A DNA stretch of 64,000 nt from a virus, in the IMG/VR virus record IMGVR_UViG_3300005676_000020, positions 32,001 through 96,000 of that record, one strand, 5' to 3'. Positions 37,934 to 47,196 of this stretch are shown here, piece by piece. The notes beneath the pieces were generated by a model that saw only the letters and a list, made by a program, of their open reading frames with translations, was not told where the DNA came from and did no database searches. Position numbers and translations under genes: made by a program. Position 1 is the first letter of the stretch; each line of letters starts with the position of its first letter.

Positions 37934-39919
37934 TTAAAAGAGTGATAGTTGGGCAGTGTCCATCTGCCCCTCAAGACGGGACACGATGGCTCTTGCCTTT
38001 TCAATATAGTAATCATAGTTTATGTCGTACTCATGCCAAGGCTTGTGTACTACCGAGTTCATTATGGTAACCAAGTAACCGTCGCATATCTTGGTCATAT
38101 CCGCTCCATTAGACTCTGAGTCTTCATTCTTTATCTTTAGAAGCTTCACACCTTCGTTGGAGACATAGAACCGTATGATTTTCTTATAAACCTCAGCTTC
38201 TCCTTTCCGAGAAACCGTCTCGTAGTGAAAGTCGCTGGTAGACTTCAATCCTATGAAGAAGTCGTAGATGTTCCTTGACTCCTTGATAGTCTTCTCTAAC
38301 GGCACTCCTTCGTAGAAGTACCTCACTATAGCCTTCCTTTCTATCCTGCCAAGGTCTTTGGTGTTATTCTTATTCACCTCACCGTCTGTCGAGAAACGGC
38401 CCTTTACTTTGAGGCTATTATCTTTCTTCTTCACGGCGATGTAGTGTCCACTGGACTCCTGGACAAACTTAGAGAACTCAACGAACTCCAGCTTGCCATC
38501 TACCGTATTCCCTACTATTTCCTCCCAGGTTCTGCAAACCTCGTAATACTTACTTTCCAGGTCTCTGTTATAAAGACAGAGTATGCCATCAGTGTTTGCG
38601 GAGACAACATGAATACCTTCAATCTCCATCATTTCAGCAAGCATCAGGATTTCGAACTGGTTGCCTATAGTACAGGAGAAACCTACCTCAGGCCCATACT
38701 GCCAGTTTGTCTTGTCAATAGTCTTTCCAAAACCTCCTCCATTAAGAGCAAGTTTGTACGTATCTGCGAGACCCTTGTACCGGCGGTTAGTGTGCCCTAG
38801 TTCCTTGAACTCCATTCTTTTACGAATGGTAGCCCTGTAGTTTACAAGCCATTCAGGACCAAGGTGGTCGGGGTATAAACCCCTCTTCGCGATGGTCGTA
38901 GGGTGCTGACTACCGACGTCAGCGTCTTCCAGTTTTTCATGGGGTTTAGGGATGATTATCCGGGGCTTGTCTTTCGTGTGAATACCTCCCCTGGCGATTA
39001 CATAATGTGTACCGTTAAGTTCCACGTGAAACTCCTGTTTGGAAGAATCACTCATTTTTACTTTCTCTGGCTTTACCCTTTCCAGGAAATCCTTGAGAGT
39101 GTCAGTCTTAAACGATACGTAATCAGGGATGCAGTCGCCAAAGGTCAACTTCCGGGTTCCTTTCCGCTGTTTTCTTATAGACATTAGCTGCTTTTCAGTA
39201 ATGCCTTTAATGCTGCAGTAACCTCTTTTGTTAATCTCGTCGCCGATTTTAACGTCAGAGAAGTTGATAGCCTCAGTAGGGAAGCCTAAGCTTTCTATAA
39301 GGTCTAACCGGTCCTGAACCTTGTCTTTTCCTTTGTAGACTTCATTGTCTGTTTCACCTCTTGTATAGAGATAAAACTTGTGAGTATTGCTGATGTCTTT
39401 CCAGCAGTAAGCTATTATCTGTTCCAGCTCTTCGTCGGTAAACTCTATCTGATAATGCGGAAATGGGAGCTCCTCTATATCTTCAGCGTCAATCATGAAA
39501 GCTATCCATTTCAGCGCCGCCCGACGGTGCTTATTGTCGAAGTGATGAATCTTGACAAGGTCTAACTGCTTGAAAAACAGGTCTCTTTCCCTGTACGGAG
39601 ACCATTCTTCATAATCTTGTGCCTCTATGACATCGTTTGAGAAGTCTTTTATCTTCTCAAGAATATCCTTATGAGACAGCTCAGACCAAAACGGGTATTT
39701 TCTTCTTATATGCTCAACAACCTGGGCGTCATACTTCAGATTGTTGAAGCCAACAAACCAATAATCTTTATGGGTTTCAATAAACTTCAGCATCGCAAGC
39801 ACCTCGTCCTTCCTGCGACTAAGCTCAAAACTAAACTTTTCATTTGTTTCGGGGTTCATTGCACAGAATAGGAACATTCCTCCAAAGACCTCGATGTCGT
39901 ATATTATGGGTTTGATCAT
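37934..39919 (-). CDS. Family B DNA polymerase with 3'-5' exonuclease
   Basis: YDIE, GFNN..YD, YC..D, DVGSQHP, KLALN..GFGK, SANTDG, KVKG. Confidence 0.92.
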   Translation of the reverse strand: MIKPIIYDIEVFGGMFLFCAMNPETNEKFSFELSRRKDEVLAMLKFIETHKDYWFVGFNNLKYDAQVVEHIRRKYPFWSELSHKDILEKIKDFSNDVIEAQDYEEWSPYRERDLFFKQLDLVKIHHFDNKHRRAALKWIAFMIDAEDIEELPFPHYQIEFTDEELEQIIAYCWKDISNTHKFYLYTRGETDNEVYKGKDKVQDRLDLIESLGFPTEAINFSDVKIGDEINKRGYCSIKGITEKQLMSIRKQRKGTRKLTFGDCIPDYVSFKTDTLKDFLERVKPEKVKMSDSSKQEFHVELNGTHYVIARGGIHTKDKPRIIIPKPHEKLEDADVGSQHPTTIAKRGLYPDHLGPEWLVNYRATIRKRMEFKELGHTNRRYKGLADTYKLALNGGGFGKTIDKTNWQYGPEVGFSCTIGNQFEILMLAEMMEIEGIHVVSANTDGILCLYNRDLESKYYEVCRTWEEIVGNTVDGKLEFVEFSKFVQESSGHYIAVKKKDNSLKVKGRFSTDGEVNKNNTKDLGRIERKAIVRYFYEGVPLEKTIKESRNIYDFFIGLKSTSDFHYETVSRKGEAEVYKKIIRFYVSNEGVKLLKIKNEDSESNGADMTKICDGYLVTIMNSVVHKPWHEYDINYDYYIEKARAIVSRLEGQMDTAQLSLF

Positions 39920-39925
39920 TTACTA

Positions 39926-39942
39926 CAAAAGTAGTAACTTTA
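39926..39942. promoter_or_regulatory. Divergent -7 boxes (TACTTTTG minus for PolB; TAACTTTA plus)
   Basis: Sequence match in the 26-nt divergent gap. Confidence 0.5.
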
Positions 39943-39945
39943 AGT

Positions 39946-40176
39946 ATGGAAACAATAAAAGCGCTAAAAAGAAATTCGGTGATAAAGGGTATTGACTTTT
40001 CCTCAGGGTTTTATGAGAGACTTTCTTCTCTCTTTATTGAGATAGCAAGCTTAGACGCTGAGCAGTACCAATATCATCTGGAAACTATGGCCATACTTAT
40101 GGCTACTTTGGACGAGGCCGCTGAGAAGCAGGGCCTTGTTGAAAGTGTTGATTTGGACGGTCTTCAAAAAGCTTAG
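39946..40176 (+). CDS. Hypothetical protein, divergent from PolB
   Basis: 76-aa ORF with own promoter-like box. Confidence 0.6.
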   Translation: METIKALKRNSVIKGIDFSSGFYERLSSLFIEIASLDAEQYQYHLETMAILMATLDEAAEKQGLVESVDLDGLQKA

Positions 40177-40648
40177 AGTCAAGAAGTCCGTCCCGAACAA
40201 GGCGTTTAGCTATCATCATCTGGGTTATACCTAAATCTCTGACACTCATTCTGTTAGGCATATCATAGGCGAACGGACAAGGTTCTGAAAACTTCTTTGC
40301 CAGTTCGCTGTTCTTGAACAGACAACACATATCCCTCTGGACGGCAAGGTCTAACACCTCATTCTTTAGCCGGTTTATAGATTTTAAAGCGGCAATTCTT
40401 CTTCTTTCCACCTGCCTTCTTTCCCTCTTGTCCATATGTTCAACCACCTTCTTCGGCAAGCACGACAGTCCGTACATCAACCGGTAAAGGGCTAGGTTTT
40501 GTTCGTAATTCAGTTGGTCTTCAAGGATTCTTACCCTTTTCGGGCGGGACTTGGGAAATCTTATAAAGACTTCCTTCCGGTCGTCCCAGACGGTAACTAC
40601 CCCTTTTTCATCTGTGCTAAAAGAGGTCATTCTTTTTTGACGGTTCAT
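40103..40648 (-). CDS. Hypothetical protein
   Basis: ORF. Confidence 0.65.
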   Translation of the reverse strand: MNRQKRMTSFSTDEKGVVTVWDDRKEVFIRFPKSRPKRVRILEDQLNYEQNLALYRLMYGLSCLPKKVVEHMDKRERRQVERRRIAALKSINRLKNEVLDLAVQRDMCCLFKNSELAKKFSEPCPFAYDMPNRMSVRDLGITQMMIAKRLVRDGLLDSKLFEDRPNQHFQQGPASQRPRPK

Positions 40649-40673
40649 GCAGGCTTGATTTTGGGATTAAGGT

Positions 40674-40701
40674 AAAAAAAGGAGAGGTTTCCCTCTCCTT
40701 T
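40674..40701 (-). terminator. Intrinsic terminator
   Basis: GGAGAGG-GAAA-CCTCTCC followed by T-tract on minus strand. Confidence 0.85.
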
Positions 40702-40704
40702 AGC

Positions 40705-40863
40705 TTAGACTTTTGCTCGCTGCCCGGTCATCCTGAAGTAGTCTGCTGCTGAGATTTTGCCCCTCACAAACAGTGAAGTGGCTCCACCACGACCAGCATC
40801 TTTTCTTTTTTGGCGACCGCACTTGCGGCAACCTTTGACTTTTTGAGTCTGTTTCTGTGCCAT
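40705..40863 (-). CDS. Small basic protein, 52 aa (MAQKQTQKVKGCRKCGRQKRK...)
   Basis: Manually translated; ends just before the terminator. Confidence 0.55.
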   Translation of the reverse strand: MAQKQTQKVKGCRKCGRQKRKDAGRGGATSLFVRGKISAADYFRMTGQRAKV

Positions 40864-40934
40864 TTAAACGGGTAGCACCTGTTTTGTCAGGTACTTACCG
40901 CGTTCGGCATTTTGAGTTGTTCATTGGCTTCATT

Positions 40935-41141
40935 TTAAAAAGATTGAAATAGATACTTTTCGTCATAGATAAGGCAGACAGGGATGTCTCGCCAGTCGAA
41001 TTCGTCCTGGTACTTTCGACGAAAGGCGTCCATCTGCTCAGAGTACAGATCCCAATCGTCGTCGGTCATACCACGTTGAATATCAGACCTTTTAGAATAC
41101 CTTTCCCGACGGACTTTCAGTTTTTTAGGGTCAGATGTCAT
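40935..41141 (-). CDS. Hypothetical protein
   Basis: ORF from MTSDPKK. Confidence 0.55.
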   Translation of the reverse strand: MTSDPKKLKVRRERYSKRSDIQRGMTDDDWDLYSEQMDAFRRKYQDEFDWRDIPVCLIYDEKYLFQSF

Positions 41142-41370
41142 CTCTTTCAGGAATTTCAAAGTCGTCGTCCAGCAGGTCTTCTTCCGATTCGATTTCCTCT
41201 TCTGGAAGTTCGGAACCTCTCCTGGACAGCGCAGAGTTATAGAATGGATTTTCAGGCTCAAAGCCGGCATCAGACGCTTCCAGGTTCTGAAGTTCTTCGT
41301 CTGAGAGATTCATGTACCAAAAGATGTCTACATCTATGGTCTTTCCGTTTTTAAGATTTATGAGTGCCAT
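41131..41370 (-). CDS. Small highly acidic protein
   Basis: 79 aa, D/E-rich C-terminus; upstream TTTG-N20-TAACTTGT promoter variant. Confidence 0.7.
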   Translation of the reverse strand: MALINLKNGKTIDVDIFWYMNLSDEELQNLEASDAGFEPENPFYNSALSRRGSELPEEEIESEEDLLDDDFEIPERDDI

Positions 41371-41517
41371 TATGGCACAAGTTACTGACGATGTGGCAAA
41401 CTGCCAAATTTTCAGAGTACTTTTTTCTGGAACCAGCGACGGAACTTAAAGCCTACATACTTTACTCCTCCGCGGGTTACGGCATACTTTTTCAGGTGTC
41501 TGCATTCTCGCTCCGCA

Positions 41518-41994
41518 TCAATCCATACGGGCAGAATCAGCGCCAGGATTATCGACATCAGGACTACCAGGAGGATCATCTTCTAAGATTTCGAGATTAA
41601 TTTCCTCTACTTGCGTTTCGATTATGGTTCCTTCAAAACCTTCTATTATCGTCTTGTAGTGTTCTGCAGGCACATAGCTTACCTGAACCCCGTAGATAAT
41701 CTTTCCGTTATCTGTTTCAAAAACCGGCGTGTACATTATAGGGTCCTCCTTATAGGAGTTTCTGAAAACCCTTCTTAACACCTGTTTGAACAACGGATTA
41801 CCTTCATGATCAGTATAGTGCTGGTCTAAGTACGCGGTAAAAGCTGTTTCGAAAGTCAGCTTGGTCTTTACGTACTTCGTGCAGGTTGCGAACCCTACAA
41901 CTGAGAGGATATTAGTTTCTTTGTCTAAACGTTTGAGGAGAAAAACCCTTTGTCCAGGTTCGACCCTGAACAAAGGGAGATTTACTTTAAGCAT
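41518..41994 (-). CDS. Hypothetical protein
   Basis: ORF. Confidence 0.6.
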   Translation of the reverse strand: MLKVNLPLFRVEPGQRVFLLKRLDKETNILSVVGFATCTKYVKTKLTFETAFTAYLDQHYTDHEGNPLFKQVLRRVFRNSYKEDPIMYTPVFETDNGKIIYGVQVSYVPAEHYKTIIEGFEGTIIETQVEEINLEILEDDPPGSPDVDNPGADSARMD

Positions 41995-41996
41995 TG

Positions 41997-43460
41997 TTAT
42001 TTCTTCATGTTGAATCCGGCAGAATTCATAGCTGCTACAAACTTAGGAACGGTCAAGGCCTCTTCGTTCTGGAATATCTCCCTGGCAGCAGATACAAGAC
42101 GTTCTGCAGCACTTGGAGCTTTACCTTTCAGAGTAGCCACTTCCATCTGCTTTTTGTAGGACCGGATAGAGTTTATGATATCCTGGCAGGTGACCTTGTT
42201 AGAACCTGAATAGATAAGATGGCTTTTAACCCTGTCGAGGATTTCAGCAATGAAAGCAGGAACAATCTTCTCCTCTTCCATAATCTTAGCCGCAGGCATA
42301 CAATCATCAACCAGCAGGGATTGCTTGTTTTCGTCCAACAGGCTTCTTTCAATCATCTTTTTAGCAGTCTCGGCATCCGGGTGTGTCAGCGTGACAATGG
42401 TACCAATCCTCTTACCTCTTAAGAAGGTAGGGTCGATTTGCTCTATATGATTGGTAGTCAATATAGTTATCACGTTGTTGTGCTTGGTTTCGCCACCGTC
42501 CATAATCACAGAAATCTGGTTTGTCAGGTCTGTTCTTTCGTTCAGAATCCTGTCAATGTCTTCCATGAAGATGACCACTCCCTTACCGTTGTTGCTGAGC
42601 ATATTGGCTACGTCCAGTGCATACAGCGCCTTTTCAGGTGTTGGGCAGTAGACGAAAGACCATCCGTTAAGAACGGCTTTTCTCGCCAACTTAAAGGCGT
42701 ACAGGGTTTTACCGGTTCCGAAGGTACCTTCCAACAGAACGCCAAAACGAAGGTCAATACCTTTCATTTTGCAACGCTCACTGTGTTCAATCCTCGCCTC
42801 AATGGCTTTGGTAGAGAACACGGCGTCCGGTGTAAGGAAAAGCTCCTGACGGTCGATACTGCTCAGGTCGATGAACTGGGGAGACCTTTCTTCGTCGGTT
42901 ATCTTGATAGCCTGGCCCTTGTAGATAGAATCGGTTTCTACCAGTTGCTGGGTTTCTTCGATGATGCGGTCCATCAATCTCACAAACCTTTTCTCGCACT
43001 GACCTGTGAGAAGGAACATTCTTGTCTTAGGGTCGTACTGCATGTCGATGAAAGAATCCTTTCCCAGAGAGGGCAGGTTTATCTGGCCAAACGGAACCTT
43101 CTTGCGGCTACCGTCAGCAAATCTTACGTCTATCATAGACGGCGGATTCGTTCCGGAGATGTTCTTCTCATCCTCCTGTGTGGTGAATCCATGGATGCTT
43201 TCCACGGCCCGGCTAAGAGCATACGCTCCGTCCTCTTTAAAGCATTTGATTTTGTAGTTGAATGCTACAATCCTGGTGGACTCTTTAATCTCGTTCTGAA
43301 CATATTTCAGAATCTCGTCATAGGATTTGTCAGGGTCTTCCAAAACCTTCTGGAGTTTTTCTTTCATCTCCTGGTCGGCTTTGTTGTAATGTTTTAAGGA
43401 CTTCTTTTTCCTTACGGCAACTTCATTTTGTTGCATCGGCTTTTCTAAAGCGTTACTCAT
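41997..43460 (-). CDS. AAA+ ATPase (classic AAA clade) with phage-type N-terminal domain
   Basis: GVLLEGTFGTGKT, IFMEDID, TTNH..IDP.FLR..R. Confidence 0.9.
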   Translation of the reverse strand: MSNALEKPMQQNEVAVRKKKSLKHYNKADQEMKEKLQKVLEDPDKSYDEILKYVQNEIKESTRIVAFNYKIKCFKEDGAYALSRAVESIHGFTTQEDEKNISGTNPPSMIDVRFADGSRKKVPFGQINLPSLGKDSFIDMQYDPKTRMFLLTGQCEKRFVRLMDRIIEETQQLVETDSIYKGQAIKITDEERSPQFIDLSSIDRQELFLTPDAVFSTKAIEARIEHSERCKMKGIDLRFGVLLEGTFGTGKTLYAFKLARKAVLNGWSFVYCPTPEKALYALDVANMLSNNGKGVVIFMEDIDRILNERTDLTNQISVIMDGGETKHNNVITILTTNHIEQIDPTFLRGKRIGTIVTLTHPDAETAKKMIERSLLDENKQSLLVDDCMPAAKIMEEEKIVPAFIAEILDRVKSHLIYSGSNKVTCQDIINSIRSYKKQMEVATLKGKAPSAAERLVSAAREIFQNEEALTVPKFVAAMNSAGFNMKK

Positions 43461-43723
43461 CTGTTTAAGAGTTTGGTTACTTCTATGAATTTTCTGTCAA
43501 ACTGGGTAATTGTCTCTTTAAGACACCCTATGTGAACGAAATGTGAATCCTGCCACATATGGCAGGGCTCGTTCGTGTCACCTCTTATACCGACAACCAG
43601 CTTTTGGCTGCGGTCTAGCATAAACTCCTGGATTTTGGAAAAAAGGACTATCGTCTTTTTTGCAGGACACTCCAGGGTAGAACCTGAGGCTATGACCGCC
43701 TCCCCTCCGAAATTAAACATCAT
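43457..43723 (-). CDS. Hypothetical protein
   Basis: Coupled ORF. Confidence 0.55.
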   Translation of the reverse strand: MMFNFGGEAVIASGSTLECPAKKTIVLFSKIQEFMLDRSQKLVVGIRGDTNEPCHMWQDSHFVHIGCLKETITQFDRKFIEVTKLLNR

Positions 43724-44057
43724 CGCCTTCGCCCTCCGTTCTTTCCTTTAAGCTTTTGAGGAGTTTCCGGTACAGAATCTGATGAAGGCTTTCAAAGTCG
43801 TCTACGACTTCAGCCTCTAACAGCTCAAAAGCCTGTGATATAGGATTGTTGTAGTCTTCCTCGTGAGCGGATAACGTCTTTGCAAATATAAAGCCGGCGG
43901 TATACGTCATCTTATGGTCGTTTCCGTACTTTTCAAAGATTTTCTCAGAAACGTCACGGACGTCGGGATGGAGAGCAGACCATGCAGAAAAGCTGGCAAT
44001 CATGTCAGCTACTTCCTCTTCGGTTATGTCTCCGCCTATTGCTGGATTGTTCATCAT
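43713..44057 (-). CDS. Hypothetical protein
   Basis: Coupled ORF. Confidence 0.6.
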   Translation of the reverse strand: MMNNPAIGGDITEEEVADMIASFSAWSALHPDVRDVSEKIFEKYGNDHKMTYTAGFIFAKTLSAHEEDYNNPISQAFELLEAEVVDDFESLHQILYRKLLKSLKERTEGEGDDV

Positions 44058-44419
44058 GATTCTACGATTGTATTTCTCTGTTTCTGTATTCTCTTCATTA
44101 ACATCTCAGCTAGCTGTTCCTCATTGTCAGGGGAAGCCAGATTTTTCAATGCCACCGCCGACGCCATAAGACCTTTTTGGTTGGAGTCGTATTCGGTTGA
44201 CAGTTTCCCGAAAAGCAACAAGACCATCTCCTTTACGTTTTGCTGGTCCTTATAAGTCTCTTGGATGTAAGATATTAAAGAGGAGTCATCGCAATGCTCT
44301 TTACTGGTTATCTTGAAAGCGGCATGAGCACAGAAGTCAGCCATGATTCTAAAGCTTTCCTCTTCAGACACTCCGAACAGTTCTGAGATTGCCCTTTTGT
44401 TGTGAAATTTCATGTTCAT
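44054..44419 (-). CDS. Hypothetical protein
   Basis: Coupled ORF. Confidence 0.6.
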   Translation of the reverse strand: MNMKFHNKRAISELFGVSEEESFRIMADFCAHAAFKITSKEHCDDSSLISYIQETYKDQQNVKEMVLLLFGKLSTEYDSNQKGLMASAVALKNLASPDNEEQLAEMLMKRIQKQRNTIVES

Positions 44420-44739
44420 AGCTTTTCCTTTGTCACTATGTGAAAGAAGTTCTGGAGTTCGTGGGCTTCGGTAAAGACAACAGATGGTAACTTAGTGTAA
44501 CTGAAACCCTTAACTTTCAGATTGTCATCCGTCACAGACTGCAGCGAGAAGCCGGTAGTCTTATGTGTCCATACACCTTGATGATGTATGAACCCGAGAC
44601 GGTCCTCGAGGAATTCGGAAGTTATGGGCATGGGTTTCGCATTGGGTACCCTTCCTGCATGTATCTCGAACACCTCATGATTGTTTACTCGTCTGGGTAC
44701 ACCGTACCACCTGACGAAATTACCCTTTATCAGCTCCAT
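44416..44739 (-). CDS. Bacteroidota-phage hypothetical protein (EL..GN.V, P.PIT.E.L, HELQN)
   Basis: Motif pattern. Confidence 0.65.
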   Translation of the reverse strand: MELIKGNFVRWYGVPRRVNNHEVFEIHAGRVPNAKPMPITSEFLEDRLGFIHHQGVWTHKTTGFSLQSVTDDNLKVKGFSYTKLPSVVFTEAHELQNFFHIVTKEKL

Positions 44740-45091
44740 TTTCTTCTAGTTGATTTAAAATGTCATCCACTATCTGCTGGATTTCATTGCTGTCCGGCTC
44801 ATCTGGGGAGAAGGTGAACAACTTCATCACCAGTCCGGCGACAATAGCTGAAGCTCCTACCAAAAAGAATGCCTGAACCAGAGATTCCAGTAGTCCTGTA
44901 GACGGCCTGAGTAATGTATATCCTATTGCAAACCAATGAGATATGCAGTAAGGACATGAAAACAAACTACCGAGCCATCTGGATTTCAGGCGTATCCAAC
45001 GTCTCGGCTTTACAAATATTTTCCCTTTGGTAAGGGTGAGTGATGCCGCTGCGATAGCAACCGGCACCACCACCATGTTTATGTATTCCAT
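44720..45091 (-). CDS. DUF1360-like membrane protein
   Basis: IF...R, LFSCPYCISHW, TM helices. Confidence 0.75.
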   Translation of the reverse strand: MEYINMVVVPVAIAAASLTLTKGKIFVKPRRWIRLKSRWLGSLFSCPYCISHWFAIGYTLLRPSTGLLESLVQAFFLVGASAIVAGLVMKLFTFSPDEPDSNEIQQIVDDILNQLEENGADKG

Positions 45092-45279
45092 TAGCAGCCG
45101 CAGTTATCTTTACTGGCCTTTTTTAGTTCCCTCACCCGGTTCTCTACCTCTTTAAGTAGCGACTCAGTAGAGGATCTTTTCTTCTTTTTCATTGGAGTCG
45201 CATCGCTTTTAACGGAACCTTCTGGGTTTAACCCTTTGTCAGGGGGGTTAGTACCCTGCTTTTTCTTTTGCCCAAACAT
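45091..45279 (-). CDS. Small hypothetical protein ending CGC
   Basis: ORF between ARC ATPase and DUF1360. Confidence 0.5.
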   Translation of the reverse strand: MFGQKKKQGTNPPDKGLNPEGSVKSDATPMKKKKRSSTESLLKEVENRVRELKKASKDNCGC

Positions 45280-46849
45280 TATTTAAAGGTTTTTCTTCGT
45301 GTTTAGCCTCGTCGTCTCTTTCCATCATCTTTTGGATGGCGTTTTCGACGTCTGCTGCACTGACACCAAGCGGCTTTTTGTTAGATTTCAGGTCTCTCCG
45401 GATAGCCTCCGAAATCGCCTGGTCAACTAAACCTGCTATCATGGCGCCACTCACAGAATCTTTAAGGCTTGTACTAAATACCATCTCAGCGATGAATTCT
45501 GCCAGCTCCTCATTTTTATCATCCTGGACTTTGGTAGTTTTCAGGTTGATAAGAGCAATGTCTTTAACAGCTGGCTTATCAGGCCTTGCAACCTTTATCT
45601 TGACGTTAATTCTTCCGTCCCTGGTTACTGCCGGGTCAAGAACATCCGCTCGGTTAGTGGCCAAAATGATGAACGCAGAGGAATCTACAAGACCGTCCAT
45701 CTCGGTAAGAAACATCGGCACGATTGTCTTGTCAACGTCAGAAGAAATACCAGTACCTCTCTTGGAGAGGATTGCATCTGCTTCGTCAATAAAGATGGTA
45801 GCAGGGAATCCGGTATCTTCTTTATATTTCCTAGCCCTTTCGAATATCTGGCGGATAGTCTGTTCAGTAACGCCTACGTAAGGGTTCAGTATCTCAGGAC
45901 CCTTTACGTATATAAAGCCACTTTCCGTCAAATTACCGCCATATATTTTGGCCAAGGATGTTGCCACGGCCTTTGCCAAAAGGGTCTTACCGCAGCCCGG
46001 AGGGCCGTACAGAAGGATACCTTTAGCTGGCTTTTTATTGTAAAATTTGAATACTTCAGGTTTAGAGTGAGGAAGTTCGACCATTTCTTTTACCACTTCC
46101 TTGGTTCCTTCAAGACCACCAATCTGTTCCCACTCAACATTCATGGAAGTTTCCACGGTAAAGTCAGTGGTTTTCTGCTTGTTGTTCTTTACAACAATGT
46201 TACCAGACGGGTCAAGAACTACATGGTCTCCTTTCTCAATGGCTTCTACCTTACCTACGAACACTACCCGGGTACGGTCACCTTCGGAGATTTCACAGTA
46301 GCCACCGTCAAGGACTTCCTTGACCACGGCATTCTGACCGTATGGTACAGTGTTTGCAGAGCCTACTACAGCTCCGAATCCGTTAAGGATAACAGTCTCT
46401 CCTTCCTTAACTTCTATGTCGTAAGGTTTTAAAACCTCCTTCAAGGTGCCTCCAGACGAAATGGTTATAGTTTCGACACCTTCCGTTTTAGGCGTTTCAA
46501 GCCTTAAATCGGAGATATGTACGTCCACAGTACCCCCCTGAACAGGGAGTATCCTGACAGTCTCTCTGTCTATTACGTTACGTACTTTTGCGTTCGGATA
46601 GAACAATCCGTACTTTTCCAGGCTGGCAGCGGCCACCTTTACAGAAGTCCCTTTCTTAAAGTCTTCGATTTCCGGGGGGACTTCCCGGGATATTTTGTTC
46701 CCGGTCTTGATTACCACTCCATACGAAAGTGGTACTCCGGTCAACTGTTCAACTTGCTCCTGCAGTTCGCGGTTCTCCTGCTCTAAAGCAAGAATTTCTG
46801 ATTTCAATCTGTCTAACAGACGTGCTTCTCTTTCTGGTGTCATTTCCAT
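45248..46849 (-). CDS. arc: ARC/Mpa-like proteasome-associated AAA+ ATPase
   Basis: N-terminal coiled coil, P.SYG/OB region, KGILLYGPPGCGKT, KGPEILN.YVG.TE, RGTGISSDV..TIVP, VKIKV.RPD. Confidence 0.85.
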   Translation of the reverse strand: MEMTPEREARLLDRLKSEILALEQENRELQEQVEQLTGVPLSYGVVIKTGNKISREVPPEIEDFKKGTSVKVAAASLEKYGLFYPNAKVRNVIDRETVRILPVQGGTVDVHISDLRLETPKTEGVETITISSGGTLKEVLKPYDIEVKEGETVILNGFGAVVGSANTVPYGQNAVVKEVLDGGYCEISEGDRTRVVFVGKVEAIEKGDHVVLDPSGNIVVKNNKQKTTDFTVETSMNVEWEQIGGLEGTKEVVKEMVELPHSKPEVFKFYNKKPAKGILLYGPPGCGKTLLAKAVATSLAKIYGGNLTESGFIYVKGPEILNPYVGVTEQTIRQIFERARKYKEDTGFPATIFIDEADAILSKRGTGISSDVDKTIVPMFLTEMDGLVDSSAFIILATNRADVLDPAVTRDGRINVKIKVARPDKPAVKDIALINLKTTKVQDDKNEELAEFIAEMVFSTSLKDSVSGAMIAGLVDQAISEAIRRDLKSNKKPLGVSAADVENAIQKMMERDDEAKHEEKPLNNVWAKEKAGY

Positions 46850-47196
46850 TTCAGTTTATTATTGTTCGGATAAAACCCCACACCAAACCATGGTAGGTTG
46901 AAGTTCTGGAAGTTGTTTCTCCATTTTATCTGAATCTTGAACTTGCACAGTCCTAACGGGACTGAGATTATGATATGGTCTCTACCTGGTTGGTTTTTGG
47001 TCATGAACTCGTGAACCCAGGTCTGATTGTACTTACCGCAAGGACATTTCATTCCTTCCTTGGTAGGTATCAATATTTGCGATTTCTCGCAGCCGGCTCT
47101 GCCACAGGTGAACGGATGGATGTCCGTCCTTTTCTGGAACCTTCTAAGATTCTTCAGTTCCTTTTCCGTAAAAGGCGCTTTCCTTGTTTCCGACAT
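46840..47196 (-). CDS. Zn-binding hypothetical protein (HPFTC...CPC..Y.Q.W.H)
   Basis: Cys/His pattern. Confidence 0.65.
   Translation of the reverse strand: MSETRKAPFTEKELKNLRRFQKRTDIHPFTCGRAGCEKSQILIPTKEGMKCPCGKYNQTWVHEFMTKNQPGRDHIIISVPLGLCKFKIQIKWRNNFQNFNLPWFGVGFYPNNNKLKWK

Noticed and set aside
25282-46432. Long + strand ORFs (25282, 26845, 33146, 42438, 45336)
   Set aside because: Antisense shadows of well-supported minus-strand genes, with no motifs
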